From: Dictyostelium discoideum
Taxonomy: Eukaryota
Direction: 5' to 3'
DNA: 64,000 bases
Assembly (NCBI GenBank): GCA_000004695.1
Contig: CM000150.2
Coordinates: 3,168,001-3,232,000, forward strand
Position numbers and translations under genes: made by a program. Shown one piece after another: positions 1 to 13,592 of this stretch. The notes under the pieces are model-generated. The model did not search any database. It had not been told where the DNA came from and saw only the letters and a program-made list of their open reading frames with translations. Position 1 is the stretch's first letter. Every line of letters starts with the position of its first letter.

Positions 1-412
1 CACCAGAAGAAACTACTATTGTTGCAGAAAGACCTTCATCATATGAACTGGTAAATTCAATATTACCTTCTTTAGTAAGTGTTACCTTGAAAATTCCAGG
101 ATTTGTAAGACTACCAGAGAAAACACTTGACGAAACAGAACCATCTGAACTTTTTACATCATGAGAATTTCCATCACTTGTATAAAAAGAGATTGTATCA
201 CCAATTTGTCCCGTTAATTTTTTTGAAATTGAATCTGAATTCCAATGTACAATAAATGCATTATCTAATTTAATTTTAAAATTAATAATTAGTATATTGG
301 TTTTTATTTAAAATTTACAATATAATTTTTTTTTTTTTTTTTTTTTCAACTTACTTGCAAATGTTGCACTTATTAATGCAAATAATAAGAATAAACTATA
401 TATATTTTTCAT
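1..412 (-). CDS. Secreted protein, possibly cupredoxin-like; 5' part of gene, runs off window start
   Basis: Minus strand. Exon 1 at 355..412 begins with ATG at 410-412 and encodes a signal peptide (MKNIYSLFLLFALISATFAS), followed by a GTAAGT donor. The intron is 265..354 and ends in a ttag acceptor. Exon 2 spans <1..264 and encodes NNAFIVHWNSDSISKKLTGQIGDTISFYTSDGNSHDVK..., which continues open to the window edge. The HW...GDTISF...HDV pattern is reminiscent of plastocyanin/phytocyanin-like folds, but this is weak. Confidence 0.5.
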
Positions 413-1164
413 ATTATTATTAAAAATTTATATCATAAACTATTATTGTTTTGTTTTTTTTTTTTTATTTTATATATATTTATATTATTTTTTTTTTTTT
501 AATTGACTTTATTTAATTTTATTTATTTTTTATTTTTTTTTTTATTTAATTACTTTTACAAAAGAAAATAATAAAATTATTTGTAATACTTTTTTTTTTT
601 TTTTGATTTTTTTTTTTTATTTTTTTAAAACTAAAAAAAAAAAATTGTTTAAATACTTAAAATTATTTTAAAAAACAAATTAAATTTTTTAAATTAAAAT
701 AATTTAATATTTGGTTATTATTTTTAAAAATGTATTATTTGAATTGATAACTTCTTTTTGCAGTTAAATAACTTGAAATACATGTATAGTTTTTTTTTTT
801 TTTTTATTTTTTTTTAATTTATTTTTTTCAAAATTTTGGGAAATTAAAACTTGGATATTTTCAGATTATTTTGAAAATTATTTTTAAAAAAAATAAAAAT
901 TAAAAACAATTCAAAAACTAAAAAATCTATAAAAAATTTTTTTTTTCCATTTTAGTAAAAAAAAAAAAAATAAATAAAAAATAATAAAAAAAATTTTAAT
1001 TTAAAAAAAAAAAAAAATTAAATAAAAAAAAAATTAAAAATATTGCTAACTGATCAAATAATTGTCCAAGAAAATTCTGTGGGTCTTAAAGAAATTATGA
1101 TTATTCATTGAAAAGGGTTGAATTTAATTAAAATAAATTAAAATTTATTTTGGGATTACGTTTT

Positions 1165-1211
<47 letters not shown>

Positions 1212-2313
1212 ATTTTTTTTATTATTTAAAAAAACAAAAAAAAATAAATAAAAAAAATAAAAACAAAACGAATTAAAGTTAAAAATTAAAATGAAAATAT
1301 AACAAGTTTCAAAAAAAAAAAATAAAAAAAAATAAAAAAAAATAAAAAAAAATAAAAAAAAATAAAAAAAAAATAAAAAAATATAGGTTTTATTTAAATA
1401 TTTTCTTTTAAAAAAATAAAACTATAATTTTTTTTTTTTCTTTTTTTTTCTTGTTTTTTTTATTTTTTTTGAATATGAAAAAAAAAAAAAAAAAAAATGA
1501 TTCATTACAATTACTTTAAATTTTATTGAAAACTTGAACCCTTTGGCATAATCTAATATTTATTATATTTTACATTAATGAAAAATAGATAATCTAGATT
1601 GTGAAAAGATTGTAAAAAAATGGTCACCATCGAAAATCATTGATATTTTGAATTTTTTTATTTTTTTTAAAAAGATTTTTTTTCATTTTTGCAGTTTTCT
1701 ATTCAGAAAAAAAATTTTTTTTTTTTTTTTTTATTATTTTATTTTTTTTTTTTTTCCTTTTGATCAAAAAGTTTTTTTGGCTTCATCACAACAAATCTTC
1801 GTCTTACATATATTTAAAAATATATATTATATATAAAAAGAAAATCACGAAGATTGCCACCAACCCATTTTTTTTTTTTTTTATTTTATTTTATACGAAA
1901 ATTTATAATCCCAATTTTTAAAAATTTTAATTTTTTTTTAATTTTAATTTTTTTTTTTCAAAATTTTTTTTTTTTTTATTTTTTTGTATTATACGAAAAT
2001 CATTTTTGATGGAAACAAACAACACACAAACAAAATAAAATTTATATATTTATTTAAATTTTGTGTGAATAATAATAATAATAAAAAAATAATTATAATA
2101 AAGTATTATTTATTGTTGTAATTTTATAAAAACATTTATACATATACTCCTACATATTTATATATTTCATCACCCCCATACATATTTTTATATTTATATC
2201 ACAAATTATTTATTTACTTTTTTTTTTTTTTTTTTTAATACTTTTTTTTTTTTTTTATTATATATATATATATATAAATATTGTAATTTTATAAAAACAA
2301 CGTCAAATACAAG

Positions 2314-4399
2314 ATGACAGTTGATAATTCACAAATACCAAATTTAAACCAACCAGAATCATTTGCAGATTTATGGGTAATTATTTATTTACAATAATAA
2401 AGAATAAATAAATAATAAACTAATTTATTTATTTATTTATTTATTTATTTATTTTTGTTTTATTTTTTTAGGATGGTTATGAAAATGTATCAAAAGCAAC
2501 AGAAAAAGGTGTATTATTATTAAAAGATATAACGAAATTTTTTAAGAAAAGAATACAATCAGAGGATGAATATAGTAAAACTTTATCAAAGTTAGTATTA
2601 AAATTTGAACCTATGGCACCTGATGGATATATTGGACCACGTTTAAAGAATACATGGGATCAAATTAAATTGGAGACATTGACACATTCGAATCATCATG
2701 AGAATATATGTAATAATATATCGACACATATAATTGAACCGATTGAAGGGTTAATAGTTGATTTGGAACAAAAGATGAAATCCATTCATGTGGATGCCGA
2801 GAAATCCTTTATACACTATCAAGAGTCAGTGGCGAAATTGAAAAAAGCCAAACAAAACTATGATAGATTATGTAAGGATTCATTCGAAATCACAGGAGTT
2901 AGTAAAGGTGAGACACAGAAAGTACAAAAACGTGCCATCAAAGCGGCCCAAGATGTGATCAAAGCCGACAAAGACTACAGAGCACAAATCAACGAGACAA
3001 ACACATCACAGAAACAGTTTCTCACCGAACTAATACCAAAGATAATGAACGATTTACAACGTTTGGAGATGGTGCGTATTCATATGGTGAAGAGTTACTT
3101 TCATCGTTATTTCAAATCAATGGAATCAACACCACAGAAATTCAATACAGAGACTGAGAATCTACTAAATCTCATCAACTCTATCAATAATGAAGATGAA
3201 ATTCAAGATTTCGTTAGAAAATCTAAAACCACACATAAATATCCAAAACCATTCGAATATGAACCTTACTTGGATAGATTCACCACACCTCCACCCCCAC
3301 CACCACCACAAATCTCTTCACCACAATTACTATCACCACGTGGTGATATCTCAATTCAACATTCATCATCATCAAATAGTTTACCAATTTTTCCAACTCA
3401 ACATCAACTTTTATCAAATAAAGAAAAAGCCGATAATAATATAACAAATTCATTATCATTATCATCTGATAGTTTACAAACAAATTTAAATAATGGCAAC
3501 AATGGTGGTAACGGCAACAATGGTAGTAATACACCAACTAAAGAAAAGAAACCAAGTAGTTGGGGATTAAAAAGATTTAGTACATCAGTTAGTAGTACAT
3601 CAGATAGGAAGTTATTGAATAAACAAATTCAATCTATTGGATTAGCACATAATGGTGGTAATATATTCAATTGTAAGATAGAGGATATTATGGTAGCACA
3701 AAAGAAAAAGTATCCATATTTAGAGATACCTTTTATAGTTGTATTTTTAAAACATAAATTGGTTGCATTGGATGTATTTAAGACTCAGGGTATTTTCAGA
3801 GTACCTGGTAATGTCGTGGATATCAATTCATTGAAGAAACGATTCGATGAGGGTAATTATGAAGTTGCCCCAACTGAAAATGTTTATACAATTGCATCAC
3901 TTTTAAAACTTTGGTTAAGAGAGATCACTGAACCACTATTCCCATTGACTGTCTATGATCAGTGTATTGAAAATAGTAATAAGAGAGAAAAGATCTTTGA
4001 AATCATCTCAAGTTTACCAATACTAAATCAAAAAACAATTAGTTACATCATAGAGTTACTTCAAGAATGTGGTAAATCTGTTAATGTTGAACATAATAAA
4101 ATGAATTTCCCAAATTTAGCAATGGTTTTCTCACCTTGTTTCTTACGTTGTTCTCATACTGATCCAAATATTCTATTAGGTAATATCTTTAAAGAGAAAG
4201 AATTTGTTCAAAATATAATTGAACATTTTAAACCATTACAAGTTAATGATTCTTTAGAAGGTCCACCTTCTTCTTCCTCTTCCTCTTCAACCTCAATTAA
4301 TCAATCATCAATTGAATCACCACCAACTTCACCACTTAGATCTTCAACAAATTCTAATGCCAATAAATCTTCAACACCAATTAAACCATCATCACCATC

Positions 4400-4434
<35 letters not shown>

Positions 4435-5765
4435 CATCAACACCATCAACACCATTATCATCTACTACCAATACAAATGTAAAACATAATATATTATCAC
4501 CAATTGTTGAACAACAATCACCAAATAATGGTAAACAACCAATTGCTCTTACTCAAACTTATAGTCATTTAAATATTGGTAGTGTTCCATTAATTATTAA
4601 TACTGTAAATAATAATAATCAAAATCAAAATCAAAATCAAAATCAAAATCAAAATCAAGATCAAAATCAAAATCAATCAAAACAACCAATACAATCATCA
4701 AATCAAACTCAACAACAAGTATCAGCACCAGCAACACCACATACAGTTGCAGTTAATCCAAAGATTAATCAAATTAAAGCAGAGACTATTACAACACCAC
4801 AGAAATCAATTGGTGATGGTAATGGATTGATTGGACAATCACCATCAGCACATTTAATGTCACCATCAGAGGTTAAACGTAGATCAAATGCAATTTATTT
4901 AGAGGATCAAGAACGTTGTAAACAAAGAATCGATGAATTACATACTCAAGTAAATGAGCTATATTCAGATATTACAACCATTGAAACTACAACCTACTTT
5001 GCTATGCAATCATCATTGTTGATTACAAAGTTAACCAAATCATTAGAATCATTCCTAACTATTGACATGTGGAATTTAACTTTACAAGATATTAAAGAAG
5101 CAATTGAAAAGAACAAATTCGTATCACCACCACCAATCAATTTCAAAATTCCTTCAAAAATGCCAAAACTATCGCCAATTGAATTGGTGCAAAATGAACA
5201 ATCATCGGAATTGCTACGTTCTTGGCTATCAAATGTAACCTTGACAGTGAATCGTATCAATGAGTACCTTTGCTATCTTGGTGGTGTCGTAATTCGTATT
5301 CATTCACCTGATACTCTATTTGCAATTAGTAATCTTTTCACCGATTACGACTTATCACCACAACAAAATCCAAAATTTGTTTCATTAACACTTGAACAAT
5401 CTACAATTTTCATTCAAAAAACTTTAGCACTCTTAGAACCATTAAATCCATTCACTTCTGATGAATTAAATATTAATGTAAAAGTACAAGATACCATCAC
5501 TCCTGCTTCTTTCTCACCTGCTCTAATCTCTGATCCTGATTGTAATAGTCCACCAACAATCTCAAATACTACAAATAGATTATTAAATACAAGTGGTAGT
5601 ACTGATTTTTCAACAACTCCATTATCATCATCACCAAGTACTTCCTCGACTTCATTATCAACAAATAATAATAATAATAATAATGGTAATAGAAATTTAG
5701 ATATTAATAATAGTCCAACAATTGTAATTACAAATTCTTCTTTAAATAAGAGTGCATTATCAACA

Positions 5766-5804
<39 letters not shown>

Positions 5805-6422
5805 CCAACAACTAAATTATCATCATCAACTTCTTCAACTTCAACTACTACTACTACAAATACAAATACAAATACAACAACAAATGAAAAAATTGCACAT
5901 GCAATTATATCACCATCAAGTAGTACAACATCATTTAAATTTGATGATGATGAAGATGAAGATGAAGATTTATTAGAGATTAATAATAAGTTACATAGTC
6001 AATTAACAGAAGAATTAAAAAAGAAACAACAACAATATAAACAACTTATATTCGATATTATTGATATGATTAAAGATAAAAAGAAATTAATGAATTCATT
6101 AGATTTAACAAATTCAGACTCTCAATTAGATATTAAATCAATTGCAAAATTATCATTATCCTTAAAGAGAGCTTTAGATAATTTCACTTCAGAAAGTGGT
6201 TTCGATATTGAAGATGAACAAGATCCAATCATCAATAAAGAGAATGATTCATTTGTAAACTTAAAAATTATGACCTCTCATTTCATTAGTCGTATCGTTT
6301 TAATCTTAACTACAATCTTATCAATTTCAAATGAATTCAATTCAACACTTTACCAATTATTATTACCATTTAATGAAAATAATAATAATAATAATGAAAA
6401 TAATAATATCAATAATCAATAA
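2314..6422 (+). CDS. F-BAR (FCH) + RhoGAP domain protein (MEGAP-like Rho GTPase-activating protein)
   Basis: Exon 1 is 2314..2376 (MTVDNSQIPNLNQPESFADLW) with a GTAATT donor. The intron is 2377..2471, with a (T)nAG acceptor. Exon 2 is 2472..6422 and is in frame with the 1269-aa track ORF. The N-terminal part has FCH/F-BAR character (EDEYSKTLSKL..., coiled coil). A RhoGAP domain carries the arginine-finger motif GIFRVPGN near 3790, followed by NLAMVFSPCFLR. Low-complexity poly-Q/N/S/T tracts are present. Confidence 0.85.
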
Positions 6423-7089
6423 TAATGAATAATCAATAAATAAAAATAAAAAAAAGAAACCATTTTGAAAAATTTAACAAAAAAAAAAAAAAAAAAAAAA
6501 TTAATTAATTTTGATCATTGCCAAAAATAGAAATGTTTTCTTTTTTTTTTTTTTTTTTTCAGGAAAAAATAATTTTTTTTTTTTTTTTGTTTTTTTTTTT
6601 TTGGCGAATGGTGGCGGGTTATTTTTGGGCAGAAAAAATTAATTAATTAACTGAAAAAAAAAAAAAAAGTAAATGAATTTTCGTAATTCGTTTTTCATTT
6701 ATAACATTTATAACCATGGAATTGGTAAGGGTAATCACAACAAAAAATATAAAAAAATAAAAAAATAAAATTCATATTTAGGATTTTTTTTTTTTTTTTT
6801 TTTTTTAGTTAATTATAAGGTTAAAAATTATTTTTTTTTTTTTTTTTTTTTTGTTTTTCATTTTTTATTTTTAAATTTTTTTTTTTTTTTTTTTTTATGT
6901 AGATTTGTTTTCAAATAATTAATTTTATTTTTTTTTTATTTTTTTTTTATTTTTTTATTTTTGTATTTTTTTTAAGGTCCAGGTGAAACGAAGATAGTGG
7001 ATTTTATTAATTTTTTTTTTTTTTTTATTTTATTTTTTTTTTCTTTTTTTAACACCCAACAATATTGTATTTTTAATTTATTTATCATT

Positions 7090-7133
<44 letters not shown>

Positions 7134-8438
7134 AAAAGAAAATAATTCAGATTTCATATATACAAAATATATGCATTTTTCTTTAAAAAAAAAAGGTAAT
7201 TCGAGATAAAGTGATACGCATATGCAACGATTATCCATTATTTTATTAAATTCGCCACCTCCCCCAAACAACCACTCCAATATTTTTTTTCATATTTTTT
7301 ATTAAGTTTGTTGAAAACCCCAAACGTGAATGTTTTCAACAAAAATAATTAAAATTAAAAATAAAAATAAAATAAAATAAAAATAAAAATTAAACAAAAT
7401 CACATTTGTATTGATTTCTTTAACAAAACCCACCACACTTCCACTTTCAATCATCACCCTTTTTTTTTTTTTTTTCATCCACGACATCCATTTGGACATA
7501 ATTTATCTTTTTTAGTTGTTATTTTTTTCATTATTATAATTGGTTAAATATATAATAATATAATAATTAATTTTTTTTTATTTTTTTTTTATTTTTATTT
7601 TTAATAAAATTTTTTTATTTTTATTCTTTTTTCTATTTTTATTTTTTATTTTTATTATACCACCATCATCATATTGTAATATTTTTTATAATTATTTTCC
7701 TTTTTTTTTTTTTTTTTTTTTTTGTTGTATAGAAAAAAAAAAAAAATAAAAAAAAAATTTTTGATCCACAACTGGAATTTATATGTTTGAAAAGATTTAA
7801 ATTAATTAATTTTAGTAAATTAATCCAAAAAAATAAAATATATATATTTGTTAAAGAAATAAAAAAAAAAATAATAATAATAATCATCAATTGGTTTTTA
7901 TTTTTATTTTTTATATTATTATTTGTATACTTACTTACATATATATATATATATATATATCTATTACTACAAATTTATTCACACCCAAAAAAAAAAAACA
8001 CACATTCAAAACCCCCACACACCACACATCCACATAAAAAAAATTTTTTTTATCTATACTGCGTAAATATTTATATTTATATGTTTATACACACAGTATA
8101 AATTATAAATCATACTAATACAATAATATATCATTTTTTTATGAATATATAGTTTTATATCATTTTTATTTTTATTTTAATATCACTCAACATATAACGT
8201 GATTTTTAATTTTTTATTTAAATTCTTATGGAATTAAGTGAAAATAAATAAATAAATAAAAAAAAAAAAAAAAGAATAAATTACTTTAAAGGATTGGAAA
8301 TAAAATAATATCAAGTAATATTAGAAGTTGTATTATAATTCTTAACAAAACAAAAAAGGAAATTATCTTTTAATTAAATTAAAAAAAAAAGAAAAAAAAA
8401 AAAGAAAAAAAAAAAAAAATAAAATAAAAAGAAAAGTA

Positions 8439-10074
8439 ATGGATAACCATTCAAGTTCATCCAATCCCTCTTCTTTATCATCGTCGTCATCGTCATCATC
8501 ATCATCATCATCATTTTTATCAGATCATGTCAAAAAAGAAGAACAAAATGGTTTGGATACCATTAAAGAAGAAATTGAAAATAAAATAGAAAATGAAGAA
8601 GAGGAGGAAAAGATAGAAGAGAAACCCATAGAAAAAGTGGAAGAAGAAAAAATCATAGTACAGAAAGAAGAGGAAGAAAAGATAGAAGAGGAACCAATAG
8701 AAAAAGAAGAAGAAAAAAAGGTAGAAGAAGAGAAATTTGAACAAGATAATATAAATACTACGGTTGAAGCAAAAACTCTAGAAACTTCAACAGAACCTAT
8801 AGCAACAGAGGTTGTAGATGAGAAGTCCATAACCTCTAATAATGAAAATTTAGAAGAACAACAAAAGGAAGATGTTATTTCAATACCACCACCTCAACAA
8901 GAACAACAAGAACAACAAGAACAACAAGAAAAACAAAAAGAAGAAACAAAACCAAGTATTAGAGAAGAAGTTAAAGAGAAAATTAAAGGTAAACTTAGTG
9001 AAATTAAAGAAGAAATTAAAGATATAAAAGAAGAGATTAAACATGTAATTAGAGAGGAAGTTACGGAGCCTATAATAGTGGTTGAAAATAATAATTCTCC
9101 ACCACCGCCACCACCACCACCATCAATTACAGTTCAAAGTTCATCACCAGTTTCATCACAAATTTCATCACCAGTTTCATCACCAGTTTCATCACCTAAA
9201 CCTTCTGTTACATTTAATGAAGATGGTAGAAAAAGGAAAGAAGGTGGCATAACAGCAAGTATCTCATCAGAGGATATTATGGCACTATCATCATCAACCT
9301 CTACTAATAATAAAGGTATTCCAAAAGAGAATAAAAGGACAGCTTCAACGATTTTAAGATCAAAATCATCACCAAATCCAGGTGCAAATAATCCAAATCA
9401 TAATAAAGATGGTAATAATTCATCATCATCATCATCATCAAATAATAATAGTGATAATAATAATAATAGTGATAATAATAGTAATAATAATAATATAAAT
9501 AATAATAATAGTAGTAGTAATAATTTAAATTATGATTCATCAGATATTGATACTGAAGCAATACCAAAATTTTATCATGATTTTAAAATACATAGAGGTA
9601 CATCATCATGTGTTTATTGTGGAGAGAATACAAGATTATGGTCAACAAGTTATAAATGTTTTTTTTGTGGTGTAGTTTGTCATAAGAAATGTTTAGATTC
9701 AATGAATACAATTCCATGTTCATCGGCTATTCATAATATTAAAGGTAAAAATCGTAGTCAAACTATTAGTGGTTATGCACCACCAAATTCTTTAGCATTA
9801 CAAGCTCCACCATACATTTCTGTTGCAAAACCATCTTCAATTACAAATTCAAGTTCAAAATCAACACCATCATTATTATCTGCACCACCTTCACAATCAA
9901 ATTCAAATAATTCATCACCAAATATATCAAGTAAAAGTAATCCAAATTCACCAATAACTACATCTGCAACAACCACAACAACAACAGCAACAATTTCATC
10001 ATTATCACCAACATCAATATCAAGTCCACCAATTGCATCAGAACAACCACCATCACCACTATTACAACAACAGC

Positions 10075-10142
<68 letters not shown>

Positions 10143-13124
10143 ATTTCAACAACACAATTACAAGATTTAAATAATACATCAGAGAAACCAGATGATGATA
10201 TGATTAATTTAATGTTTGATACATTAATGGTTGATTTAGATTTAAATTTACCAGCATCAAAATTATCAACAACTCAAAAATGGTTATTATTGGAACAAAA
10301 GTTTAAATTGAAAAAGGATGAACTTTTACCAGAATATTTTATAAATGCATTAAAAGAGCAACCAAGTAAATCAATTTTTCAATCATTAGTGGTAATTTTA
10401 CGTACCAATGTAACAAAGAATTGGATGTGTTCATTCGTTCAATTGAATGGTGTTGAGATTTTATTTGAAATCTTATCAAAATCAAAAAGAAAAGATTATA
10501 AAGATGATTGTTTAAGTTGTATTGGTAAAGTTATGTCAAATCCAATTGGCTTGAATTCAGTGGCACAATTACCAATGGCACCTAAAACAATTACCAAAGT
10601 CTTAAGATCAAAACAATATTGTATAAAAAGTAAAGCAATGGCAATTGAATTATTGACCGTTATGTTATTGGATAAATATGTTCCTGGTGGTTGTAGTTTG
10701 GTTCTTAAGGCGTTAACTAAAACCAAAGAAAAGAAAAGATTCTCTTTCTTTGTTAGATTCATCAAAGATAATGAATCATTGGAATTGAAAACCAAAGCAT
10801 TATGTTTTATCAATGTGTTAATCTTTGAAATGGAGGATATGAACGTACGTGTAAACATTAGAAGTGAATTCCTCAGACTTGGTCTATACACTTATCTTAG
10901 GGAAATAAAGAAAACAATCACTCATGAAAAAACATTGTTCACCCAAATAGAAATATTTGAAGAGATGATGAATGAAGATACACAAGAGTTGGATCTAAGA
11001 TTAGAAGATTTAAAGCGTCAACTTGGTATAGATATTGATGATGTTGATCAAGTTTTTAAAGCTTTGAAGAACACTACCTCCAAATCGGGTTTAAATAGAC
11101 AACTTTTAAATATCCTTCAAAATCTATTAGTCATTAAAGCTTGTGATCCAACTGATGGTGTAAAATACTTTATATTGTGTGATACTTTAGTCAAACAAAT
11201 TTCACTTCATAAGGGTGGTTTTGAAGATCCTTCAAATTTTGATTTCCGTGGTTTAATGGTTGGTCTTGAGAGTGCTACAGCTGAAGTAACCTTAAATAGA
11301 AAATTGGGTGAACTTGAGAAACAAAATATTGATAAAGCTATGAAGATTCAAGAACAAGATATCAATATAAAGAGTTTATTGGATTTATTAAAACAATTAA
11401 AAGATGGTGGTACTGCACCTGATGCTTCAATGATTAAAAAGATTGAAGAAATGATTAAACAAATGGAACCACCACCACCACCAATTTCTGTTAAATCACC
11501 AGATGATCCAAATAATGCCGCACCAATTGTTGTAGCACCAATCCCACCTCCTCCACCACCAATTTCTGGTGCTCCACCCCCACCCCCACCACCACCACCT
11601 CCAATGAAAGGAGGTGCAGGTCCACCACCCCCACCACCACCACCTGGTAAATTGGGAGCAAAGAAACCACCAGCAGGTGTACAATGTAGACCACCACCAA
11701 AAGTACCAAAACCATCACATCCATTGAAAGCTTATCAATGGGTTAAATTGGCACCAGTTAAAGTTAATGATTCATTATTCGATAAATTGGGACCAATGAA
11801 TGATATTAACCTACCATGGAATCAAATTGAAGAGGAATTTGCAGCCAAAGTAATCGTTAGAGAAAAGAAAGCAATAGTTAAACCAAAGGGGCCAACTCAA
11901 GTTATCGATCCAAAATTGGGTCAAAATATTAGTATTTTCCTTTCACAATTTAAAGGTGTTGAACCTAAACAACTCATAACTTATATTCAATCTATGGATG
12001 AATCAAAAATGTCAAGAGATCAAGTTAAACAAATTTCAAAACTTTTACCATCAAGAGAGGATTTAGCAGCTCTTAAAGAATTTTTACAAGCTGAAGATCG
12101 TTCAAAGTTAAGTATTGCCGATCAATATTGTATCGATATTGGTGCATTCCCATTCGCCTCTGAAAAGATTTCAATGTTTTTATTGAAATCTGAATTGAAA
12201 TCAAGATTGGATGAAGTTAAACCACAAATTGCCGCCGTGTCAGTTGCATGTGATGAAGTATACAAGAGTAAAAAGTTAATACGTATCATTGAAATCATTT
12301 TGGTTTTAGGTAATTTCATAAATTATGGTACACCAAGAGGTGATATTTCCGGTTATAAATTGGATAGTCTTATAAAATTAAGTGATACTAAATCCTCAGA
12401 TTTATCTTCAAACCTAATCAATACATTTGTAAAATATTGTCAAGAGAAAGAACCTAATCTATTAACATTTGCCGATGAATTACCATCATTAACAACAGCA
12501 AGAAAAACCATTTGGTCTGGTGTTGTAGCTGATGTTTCTTCAATTGGTCGTGATGTTCATTCTGTGAAACAAATCGTTGAAACACTTCAAAAATCAAATG
12601 AACCATTCAATCAATCAATCATTGATTTCCTTGCCACCGCTTCAACCGAAGTTGAAAAATTGAGAAAACTTTTAGAGAGTACTCAAGAGAATTTCAAAAA
12701 ACTTTGTAAATATTTCGCTGAAGAAGAGGGTAAATCACAACCTGAAGAATTTTTCGATATTTTTGGTCGTTTCATTACATTGTTTGAAAATGCTACCACC
12801 CAATTACAACAACAAAAAGAGGAACAGTTAAAGGAGGAAAAGAGATTACAACAAAAACAACAACGTCAAGAAAGAGCAGTTAGAAAATTAACCACCTCAA
12901 ATGAATCTGCTTCTGCCTCTCCAAACCATGCTAAATCCACTGATGATAAAAGTGATGAAGATGATGATATTGTTAATGATCTTTTAATGGCTGTTCGTGA
13001 TGGTGACGCTTTCAGACAAGCAAAAGGTAGAAGAAGAACAACTCATCAAATCGCTACCTCAAAAATGATTTCAAATAATTTAGATCCTTCTAAAATTTTA
13101 CCAACAAGTCCAAATAAAAATTAA
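8439..13124 (+). CDS. Formin (GBD/FH3-FH1-FH2) with an N-terminal C1 (phorbol-ester/DAG-type) zinc finger
   Basis: Single 1561-aa ORF. A C1 motif HDFKIHRGTSSCVYCGENTRLWSTSYKCFFCGVVCHKKCLDSMNTIPC sits at about 9570-9720. A GBD/FH3-like armadillo region follows. The FH1 region has poly-Pro runs (PPPPPISGAPPPPPPPPPPMKGGAGPPPPPPPPGK) at about 11460-11660. The FH2 domain follows (LKAYQWVKL..., GNFINYG, DAD-like basic C-terminus). Tracts of poly-Q(33) and poly-S/N are present. Confidence 0.9.
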
Positions 13125-13592
13125 TTTTTTTAATTAAAAATAATTTAATTTATAAATATAAAATAAAGTAAAATTAAAAATTTATGTATATATTAAAAGT
13201 ATTTAAAACAAGGTATTACTTTTTTATTAAAAAACTTAATAAAAAAAAAAAAAAAAAAAATTTTTATTGGTGTTTATTTAAAAAAAAAAAAATTAAATTG
13301 GTATTTGTTTAGAAAAATAAAAATAAAAATTTAGATTTCAGATATTTTAAATTTTATTCAAAAATTTTGATTGTTTCCCATTTTTTTTTTTTTTTTTTTT
13401 TTTGCGACCTCCGGAAACCTTAGAAAAATGTTTTTTTATATAACCTAACATTGACCACAACAATAAAAAAATAAAATGAAAAATAAAAATAACTTATTTT
13501 TTCATCTCAATTATTCAAGAGAAAAGTGATCCAAATGTTTATTTAAACCTTTTTTTTTTTTTTTTTTTTTTTTGAAAATAAGCAAATTAAAA

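Noticed and set aside
1310-1385. Regularly spaced aaaataaaaaaaa repeats (10-bp period, x6), possible CRISPR-like periodicity
   Set aside because: It is a simple-sequence minisatellite in an AT-rich eukaryotic intergenic region. There are no unique spacers, and the context is eukaryotic.
7092-8101. Several 60-100-aa ORFs in the 2-kb RhoGAP-formin intergenic region
   Set aside because: They are extremely low complexity (poly-F/K/I) and are generated by homopolymer runs. No splice or start context supports them.
9958-10179. Minus-strand poly-Val/Leu ORF (73 aa)
   Set aside because: It is the antisense of the formin poly-Gln (CAA)n tract. It is pure low complexity and lies entirely inside a well-supported plus-strand CDS.
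13572-13592. Upstream extension of the MFS ORF (track start 13572)
   Set aside because: The track start is a TTG codon in a T-run. The first ATG is at 13593.
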